Origin: an uncultured Bdellovibrionales bacterium
GTDB taxonomy: Bacteria; Bdellovibrionota_C; UBA2361; SZUA-149
Length of the DNA: 24,126 nucleotides
Direction: 5' to 3'
Assembly: GCA_965366815.1 (NCBI GenBank)
Contig: CBDUGV010000029.1
Location: forward strand, 1-24,126
Part shown: in pieces, positions 19,101-24,126 of the stretch
How the letters are laid out: each line of letters begins with the position of its first letter
How positions within the stretch are numbered: the stretch's first letter is position 1
The notes under the pieces: generated by a model
What the model was told of the DNA's origin: nothing
Database searches by the model: none
Seen by the model: the letters and a program-made list of their open reading frames with translations, nothing else
Position numbers and translations under genes: made by a program

Positions 19101-19406
19101 TTTCTTTTTTAGCTCTTCAAGGCATTTCTCAGAGCATCGTTCATTGATCAGGTCGGCGAAGGCGGTTTCTGCCCCACGACTAAAAACGTCCGAACCATTG
19201 ACCTCCATTCGCTGTGAATCGACGAGGCTGCGTTGCCAGTAGCGTACCACTGCCGCAACGTCTTTGTCGGGCAGCTTTACGTTCGTATCTGCTTTTTTGT
19301 GATTGGGGCGACGCTTTTTCACTGCACTGCAGTTTTGTAACGAAGATCCGACAGCCAAGCTGTGCGTGAACTTCGTTGAGTATCTAGCTCGCGACAGCTG
19401 CTGCAA
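16149..19406 (-). CDS. Upf1/DNA2-like SF1 helicase fused to C-terminal single-HKD phospholipase-D-family nuclease (type II Mokosh MkoC-like architecture). Start uncertain: TTG 19404-19406 or an internal GTG/ATG (for example ATG 19206-19208)
   Basis: Walker A GPPGTGKTT (18345-18371). Walker B LLIVDEAGQ (17550-17564). Motifs V/VI GTVHSMQGAQRRIMIF and NMLNVAVSRARDSF. HKD motif HNKSIFIDEKEMIEGSFN (16290-16343) has the exact HxK-x4-D-x6-GSxN spacing. Confidence 0.85.
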   Translation of the reverse strand: MQQLSRARYSTKFTHSLAVGSSLQNCSAVKKRRPNHKKADTNVKLPDKDVAAVVRYWQRSLVDSQRMEVNGSDVFSRGAETAFADLINERCSEKCLEELKKKQKQQEKQRNKGKRRDASRGEFASDVESNISVAICPLRLQRISEADPLVANTPRFVDAYWIPAEIAKDGTLLVPKRPLPWIPRAYLEPMVSDETVIIGSLDEFEQHLLRFPFSESMTWPQYWKEAKALFKAACGSDFIEFTLPDYRKRKFAAVVLDSSGQGATANPRRIYQQVLQGRRHSGVLSNLVQIKEKDRKYVKRTTYSLAKGAKAHLGQFEHAFPLSPSQRNAVHNYFSLGSGTILAVSGPPGTGKTTLLQSIIASLWAKAAHDGGKPPIILACAETNQAVTNIIESFAQAKTKQGPLAGHWLPGVKSYGTYCPSKARAEDAEAMGIHYERGDGEGLSKQMENWAYIREAQKQYLQRSSTLVGKKLTTKQAIRFFQKEIQRETARLNGDIFATRFESALGWVKTHVGLKTPIDYKSLYIANAKLDLSRRHRIFQLSTHYWEGRWLLAAQEEAARLEETTHSNWLKASAVDWRRRAMVTPCFVSTMSTAARFFGELAEDGSPLIDLLIVDEAGQIAPEVGAASFALAKRAIVVGDTLQLEPIWSIPKHVDEQNLTTFKIVKRGNKKQMKAVRKRGLMASSGNIMQLAQNACPIIDTSADGHSTIGVFLTEHRRSVPEVIDFCNKLAYRGRLHPRRPSAEKRIVPAFGYWHIGGTCEQVGTSKANVMEAEAIASWIRNKKQDLEEFYSGETIDKDIVAIITPFAAQRHQLELLLRKDFPRLAIGTVHSMQGAQRRIMIFSPVYDRSIPDSNYFFDRGVNMLNVAVSRARDSFLTIGDMEIFERSRKAPSGLLAHYLFRDVEGNQLDGIELPPRSGFKEKQITRLSSLAQHRAALVESFRSAQRELIIISPQISRAAIEADSIDTLIRETIARGVEVKVYTDSHLDIDPETGALRENPSIGRAQIVEAGAGLFMVDGIHNKSIFIDEKEMIEGSFNWFSAVRKEHSRYHREETSLHYRGPLAANEIRKTKEVLAFRLERADK

Positions 19407-19680
19407 TTATAATGCAGATTCCCAAATTGGTCAGCCCAGCGAGTATCGCCAATGCAATATTGTTATTCGCAATGTCGGCACTCAAATTCCCTGGTGTCAA
19501 CAAATCGATGACCTTATAGGAAAAGAATGCAACCAGGATTCCAATCGCGCTATAGACGAATGTGGCAATCACATCATTGAGTACCGTGTTTCCAGTAACC
19601 GCAAATTCCGCAGCATATGCGGGTGTCGCAAAGACAAGTAGCGCAGTACTCAAAAAAGCGATCGGTAGATATCTGTTCAT
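19384..19680 (-). CDS. DUF350-family small membrane protein (YjfL-like)
   Basis: 98 aa with an N-terminal hydrophobic/signal segment and the conserved VIDLLTPG motif, followed by two more TM helices. RBS GAGGAG 5 nt upstream of ATG 19680. Confidence 0.75.
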   Translation of the reverse strand: MNRYLPIAFLSTALLVFATPAYAAEFAVTGNTVLNDVIATFVYSAIGILVAFFSYKVIDLLTPGNLSADIANNNIALAILAGLTNLGICIIIAAAVAS

Positions 19681-19733
19681 CTCTTGCTCCTCTCAGGTCA
19701 TTTCCCTGTTCCGTAAAGACTAGTTTGTACTAT

Positions 19734-19973
19734 TTATTTTCCACCACGTGGGCCACCGCCGCGACTACTTCTGCCATAAAAATAACTGCGATGAGAGCGG
19801 CGGCAATTGCCAAATGAGTCTCGAAGATGTGCTGGGCAACTCCGCTTCATTTCAGATGTCAATTTGGCATTGCGTTCAGAGGACATCCCCCATCCTCCAT
19901 GCGATGCCATCACTGGAAGCAATACCGTACTGCCGAGCAATGCTCCTCCAAAGATTTTACTTAGCGGTCCCAT
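19734..19973 (-). CDS. possible small protein (79 aa): hydrophobic N-terminus with R/G-rich tail; weakly supported
   Basis: It is the only ORF in a 353-nt gap between DUF4178 and DUF350 and lies on the operon strand. No good SD. Confidence 0.25.
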   Translation of the reverse strand: MGPLSKIFGGALLGSTVLLPVMASHGGWGMSSERNAKLTSEMKRSCPAHLRDSFGNCRRSHRSYFYGRSSRGGGPRGGK

Positions 19974-20033
19974 AGTTCTATTAAATCGCCTCTATTCCCG
20001 TTCTACAAACACAGGGTTGCCTCATGGTATCGC

Positions 20034-21374
20034 CTAATCATCATCGGGCAGCATCTGCAATATAAGATAGCCCAGAAGCAAAATACCGATTACGGCATAT
20101 AACGGATTCAATGATTTAAATCGCCGGATCGAGAATCCCAACCCTAAGGTAGTGAGGAAGGCTATCAGGTAGTACCTTGAGAGAATGACCCCCTCATAGA
20201 TCTGTAGGCGAAGCCATCCGGTTGATGCAGTCCCTTTATCGACAAAAAAGCGTGGGTAGTAAGTGCCTGGAGTATCCAAACGAAAATAGCTCTTCTGTTG
20301 CAGATCGGATTCAGACCAAGCTCCGTCACTGTCTCTACCAGATTCGCGCCAAAAATCATCTTCAAACGCGTTAATCACCTCTTGACTCTTGTCCAGGAGT
20401 TCAACGCCACCCCAGGCCCAGGAGTTGTCTTTTATCGCAGTCGTCAGTTTTAGCAAGTGAACCTTGCCGGTCGCCGTTAGCTCTATTGGTTTATGAGTGA
20501 AGCCCTGTTCTGGGATACCACTAAAATCTACTCGAAGGTCGGCAATTTGCTTCCCGCTCTTTGTGCACGAGTATAGAAAGAGCACACAGCAAACGGCCGC
20601 AGCGCCAAAGAATGCAGCAGACCATTTCCTATACTGCTTCTCGACAGCCTGTGCGCGAAGCTCTTCATCAACAATCTCGGTCAAATTGAAAGCTCTGGCA
20701 ACATCGAGCCTTTCAATCGGCGTTGATTTATAAAACTCGACTTCCTCTATCTGATCGCTGCCTTCTTTTTTTCTCCACTCTACTGAATAGGTGGTAAACC
20801 CAAGTCGATACTCGGCTGACTCAGTGATATCGTCAATCTTGGGCACCCAGGTAAATTCACCTTCAAAGTGCATAATTTTCGATTTTGCAAACTCGAGGAT
20901 TCGCTGAGGCTTGTGGTCGGTATCGAGATTGAGATGAGTGTCGCCTTCCTTTGGCATACCTGGATTGGTCGGCGTAAACGCTTCTGCAAGGGAATATCCT
21001 TCGATATCTTCACAAAGATATAGGTATTCCTTGTTCTCACCGACGAGAATCCATTGATCGAATTTCCAGACCTCGTTGTAGTAGGCTGAGTCCTCCGGGT
21101 CCCATTCTCGGAGTCGACTGTTGAAACAGATTCTTCCGATTACCTGATATTTCTTGCCGTTAAACGTTCCAATCAATCCCAGTTTGATAAACGAGGCCGG
21201 GGAAAAGAATTTTGGCTTTAGGGTTGAGATGAGAGCAGCTTCTTCGGACGTCGCGACGTCGAGAACCGCCCCGCAGGATTTGCAGGTTACAACTTCCGGA
21301 TCAGCCAGAGCGGGGTCGAGAGGGCTAGTGCAGCTCGGACAAACAATCGCCTTGGTCTGAATATCGCTCATCAA
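20034..21374 (-). CDS. DUF4178-domain protein (large paralog) with N-terminal zinc ribbon and TM segments
   Basis: Zinc ribbon CPSC...CKSC at the N-terminus. DUF4178-like core YQVIGRICFNSRLREWDPEDSAYYNEVWKFDQWILVGENKEYLYLCED. An internal TM segment (AAFFGAAAVCCVLFLY) and a C-terminal TM pair are present. Confidence 0.7.
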   Translation of the reverse strand: MMSDIQTKAIVCPSCTSPLDPALADPEVVTCKSCGAVLDVATSEEAALISTLKPKFFSPASFIKLGLIGTFNGKKYQVIGRICFNSRLREWDPEDSAYYNEVWKFDQWILVGENKEYLYLCEDIEGYSLAEAFTPTNPGMPKEGDTHLNLDTDHKPQRILEFAKSKIMHFEGEFTWVPKIDDITESAEYRLGFTTYSVEWRKKEGSDQIEEVEFYKSTPIERLDVARAFNLTEIVDEELRAQAVEKQYRKWSAAFFGAAAVCCVLFLYSCTKSGKQIADLRVDFSGIPEQGFTHKPIELTATGKVHLLKLTTAIKDNSWAWGGVELLDKSQEVINAFEDDFWRESGRDSDGAWSESDLQQKSYFRLDTPGTYYPRFFVDKGTASTGWLRLQIYEGVILSRYYLIAFLTTLGLGFSIRRFKSLNPLYAVIGILLLGYLILQMLPDDD

Positions 21375-21405
21375 TCAAACGTCGCCATCTGAGTACAGGT
21401 TGTCA

Positions 21406-22014
21406 TTACCTAATTTCGATCTGGTCGATGGAAATTTCGCGACCGATTGAGAGATTGATTTCGTCGGGTGTAAACTCAATACTAACCAATTGCCCTCCTG
21501 CATTTCCATCGATGCAGTTCACCGACATTCCAGGAGTAATTGAGAAATACAATTCACCGATCCCACCAGCAATTTTTGCTACGTTACGCTCCGTGACAAA
21601 AACCGACATATCGTTAACTGGTATCATCGATCCGACGGAGATGTCGTCAAAGGCAGGGACCGGGGAGGTGAGTGTTTCTTTCTCGAAGGCAGTAAACTCA
21701 CCTTCGTCTTCCTGCAGCCAAAGCTTCTTGCCATTCTCAAACGCCAGAAACCATTCATCCCAGAAGCCATCATCGTAGGTGTAGCGCAGGCGGCCGACTG
21801 ACTTGAACTGCTCGCCGGCAATTGTTCCCGATGCTCCGATAGAAAAAATTGACTCGAAATCTGCCAGCTTCGTTTTCTCTCCAGAAGGGTCGAGACCCTC
21901 CGGGCTCACAGAGCAGGTTTGCCCACAATATTGGCAGATGACGACCTTTGAGAAGCGATTCTCCACACTCAGTGGAGCACCGCAGGAAGGACAATTATAT
22001 TCCTGGCTACTCAT
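21406..22014 (-). CDS. DUF4178-domain protein (small paralog) with N-terminal zinc ribbon
   Basis: Zinc ribbon CPSCGA...CQYCGQTC. Hallmark core RLRYTYDDGFWDEWFLAFENGKKLWLQEDEGEF. Lies 21 nt after the SPFH gene stop. Confidence 0.75.
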   Translation of the reverse strand: MSSQEYNCPSCGAPLSVENRFSKVVICQYCGQTCSVSPEGLDPSGEKTKLADFESIFSIGASGTIAGEQFKSVGRLRYTYDDGFWDEWFLAFENGKKLWLQEDEGEFTAFEKETLTSPVPAFDDISVGSMIPVNDMSVFVTERNVAKIAGGIGELYFSITPGMSVNCIDGNAGGQLVSIEFTPDEINLSIGREISIDQIEIR

Positions 22015-22035
22015 TCGCTGTGATGTCCCTTTTTC

Positions 22036-23079
22036 TTATAGGTCGGAAAGTATTTGAGCCTTCTTCTTGTCATATTCTTCCTGACTAATCAGTTCGGCGT
22101 CGAGCATATCCTTGAGTTTCTTAAGACGCGCGGTCGGATCATCGGCAGCTGCTGCGGGCGCCGCCGCTGCAGCTCCTGCTGCCGCAGCTTGTCCTTGTTG
22201 TCCGCCCATCATCCCAGAGGTAAAGGCTTGACCGAGGCCAACGCCCGCGCCCAAACCAACTCCGGCTCCTGCCATTCCACCTTCATTCTTGGCGGCGTCA
22301 CGCAGTGCTTCAAGCTGTTGTAGCTGAGCAAAGTCGACTCCCGCTCGTTTGGCTGCTGCAGCTTCTGCCGTGAGGTCGGCAATTCGACCGATTCTCGTTT
22401 TGGTATCTTGATCGAAGTCTGTGCCTTCGATTCGAAAATCGCTCATATTGAAGCCAAGCTTCTCAAAATCCGGAGCGACCAAACCACTCAGTTTAGCAGA
22501 CAGTTCAACGCGATTCTTGTCTATTTCGGCATAACTCAGACCAGCCTCAGCCAGGGTATCTGCAAGTTGCTCAAGAAAGCGTTCGGTAATTACTCTTCTT
22601 GCTTCCTCAACTGGAAACTCTTTTCTTCCCCCGACGATGTTTACAAAAAACGATTTCGGATCGGTAACACGAAACGTGAAATTTCCGTGTGCCCTGAGGC
22701 TCACCGGAAAGTTATAAACCGGGTCGTCATATTTTACAGGAGAGCTGGTGCCCCATTTTTGATTGAGGAACTTGGTCTGCCAGAAAAAGTAGAGGCCGAC
22801 TTTGTGCTCACTCTCGAAGCTCTGCATGAACTTCGTCAGAGTAGTGATAAACGGAATGTTGGCAGTGGAAAGCTCATACATCCCTTCGTTCAGGTGGACA
22901 GCTTCGATTTTTCCTTCGTAGAGAAAAATAACGCCTTGCCCAGGCTTTATTAAAAGTTTGGAGGCGTTCTTAATTTCGTCTCCACTCTCACTCCACAACT
23001 CGAATAACTGAGATGGGTCTGCATTCTCCCATTCAATTACCGAACGAAGTTGTCCTTTTACTCTATCCCAAAGCGCCAT
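22036..23079 (-). CDS. SPFH/band-7 (Band_7_1, virion-core-protein-like) domain protein with Gly/Ala-rich linker and C-terminal SHOCT domain
   Basis: The N-terminal 250 aa follow the Band_7_1 pattern (IEWENADPSQLFELW...EIKNASKLLIKPGQ...LRAHGNFTFRVTDP). An AGAGVGLGAGVGLG linker follows. The C-terminus DPTARLKKLKDMLDAELISQEEYDKKKAQIL is a SHOCT motif. Confidence 0.8.
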   Translation of the reverse strand: MALWDRVKGQLRSVIEWENADPSQLFELWSESGDEIKNASKLLIKPGQGVIFLYEGKIEAVHLNEGMYELSTANIPFITTLTKFMQSFESEHKVGLYFFWQTKFLNQKWGTSSPVKYDDPVYNFPVSLRAHGNFTFRVTDPKSFFVNIVGGRKEFPVEEARRVITERFLEQLADTLAEAGLSYAEIDKNRVELSAKLSGLVAPDFEKLGFNMSDFRIEGTDFDQDTKTRIGRIADLTAEAAAAKRAGVDFAQLQQLEALRDAAKNEGGMAGAGVGLGAGVGLGQAFTSGMMGGQQGQAAAAGAAAAAPAAAADDPTARLKKLKDMLDAELISQEEYDKKKAQILSDL

Positions 23080-23354
23080 AGTGTCCTCGTAGAAGTAAAA
23101 CAGTCGTTTTCATTTGTATAACAAAGTTTCGGACAATTACAGGAGAAACTTAGGCTTAAAGATCCCTTCGTGTTTCTGATCGAATGTGATGGAATTAGTC
23201 AGGGGTTTTAGCGTGCAGTTGCTAAAGTGCATTCCCGAGTCTGTCGATGGGTTATTTAGGGTGTATACGGAGAGTTTCTAGCTAAGTGGCTCGATCTGTC
23301 GAGATACGGCGCAATCTGTTGAAAATTCGGTTGGTTTTTTTGAGGAAGAGTACG

Positions 23355-24126
23355 CATGCCAGCTCATTCAAAAAACGCGAGCTTCGCGGTAGGCGAGGTC
23401 ATCGCTGAGCGCTACAAAGTTTCTAAAGTACTATCTCGAGGTGGAACCGGCGAAGTCTATGCCGTAAACGATCTCTCGTTAGACAATCAAATCATTGCCT
23501 TAAAGCTACTCTACCCTCATCTCCTGAGAGATGAGCGCGTCTACACCAGATTCAGGAACGAGGTCTTGCTAACTCGGGCATTGCGACACCCAAATATTAT
23601 CCAGATGTATGATCTCGGTCGAGATGATGCCGGACGAACATTTCTAACAATGCAGTACTCAGAAGGTGCAAGTCTCGGTCGGATGCTGCGACGTCTCACC
23701 AAGGAGCGACTCACGTTCAAGGAGATTGCTTACATTATTTGTGAAGTACTGAGTGGACTGAGCTATACGCATGAAGCAGGGGTCGTCCACCGAGATCTAA
23801 AGCCAGATAATCTACTTGTATCGACAAGCGCCGATATTCGAATAGGTGATTTTGGTACGGCACGAGCCCTCTGTCGGCCCGGAGCAACGAGGCCAGGTGA
23901 ACGAATTGGTACACCACTGTATATGTCGCCTGAGCAGTTTCGCGGGGAACAAGTAGATGCCCGTACAGATCTGTATGCGCTCGGCCTACTAGGGTTTGAG
24001 TTAGCGACGGGCGTTCCACCATTTCGAGGTTCAGACGTCATGACCGTCGGGCATAAGCACTGCAGTATGCCGATTCCAGATATGCGCCGTGCGAATCGAA
24101 ACCTCACCCATTGGTTTATCGAATTT
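23355..24126 (+). CDS. Hanks-type serine/threonine protein kinase, 3'-truncated at window edge
   Basis: RBS GAGGAAGAG 5 nt upstream of ATG 23355. Contains GxGxxG (SRGGTGEVY), VAIK-like ALKLL, catalytic loop HRDLKPDN, DFG and SPEQ motifs. No stop before the window end. Confidence 0.85.

Noticed and set aside
1-24126. CRISPR arrays, rRNA/tRNA genes, IS elements / transposase or integrase genes
   Set aside because: No regularly spaced direct repeats, no tRNA cloverleaf candidates in intergenic regions, and no transposase- or integrase-like ORFs were seen. The helicase-PLD gene has no flanking repeats or mobility genes within the window.

Overview
This 24.1-kb window is densely coding bacterial chromosome with roughly 50% GC, frequent GGAGG-type ribosome-binding sites (RBS) and no rRNA, tRNA or CRISPR that I can see. 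From the left it carries a 5'-truncated alpha/beta-hydrolase, a tandem-AMIN-domain envelope protein, a large unassigned soluble protein, and a PspA/IM30 (phage-shock-protein family) gene with a downstream polytopic membrane protein. These are followed by a GNAT-like gene and a trio of secreted or calcium-binding surface proteins. The right half (about 10.9-23.1 kb) is the notable part: two convergent operons built around polyamine enzymes. The plus operon encodes an S-adenosylmethionine decarboxylase-spermidine synthase fusion, a 172-aa unknown, a DUF2130 protein (coiled coil + PD-(D/E)xK nuclease-like domain) and a single-pass membrane protein. The minus operon encodes an SPFH/band-7 protein with a SHOCT tail, two DUF4178 zinc-ribbon paralogs, a small ORF, a DUF350 membrane protein and a membrane-anchored spermidine synthase. 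This matches the PspA-associated DUF350/DUF4178/polyamine membrane-stress context related to E. coli yjfIJKLMC. Wedged between DUF350 and the membrane spermidine synthase, with essentially no intergenic space, is a 1085-aa Upf1/DNA2-like SF1 helicase fused to a C-terminal single-HKD phospholipase-D nuclease. That architecture is what has been described for type II Mokosh (MkoC) antiphage proteins. A Hanks-type Ser/Thr kinase (3'-truncated) diverges from the SPFH operon at the right edge. All function calls rest on motif recognition by eye; no database search was possible.
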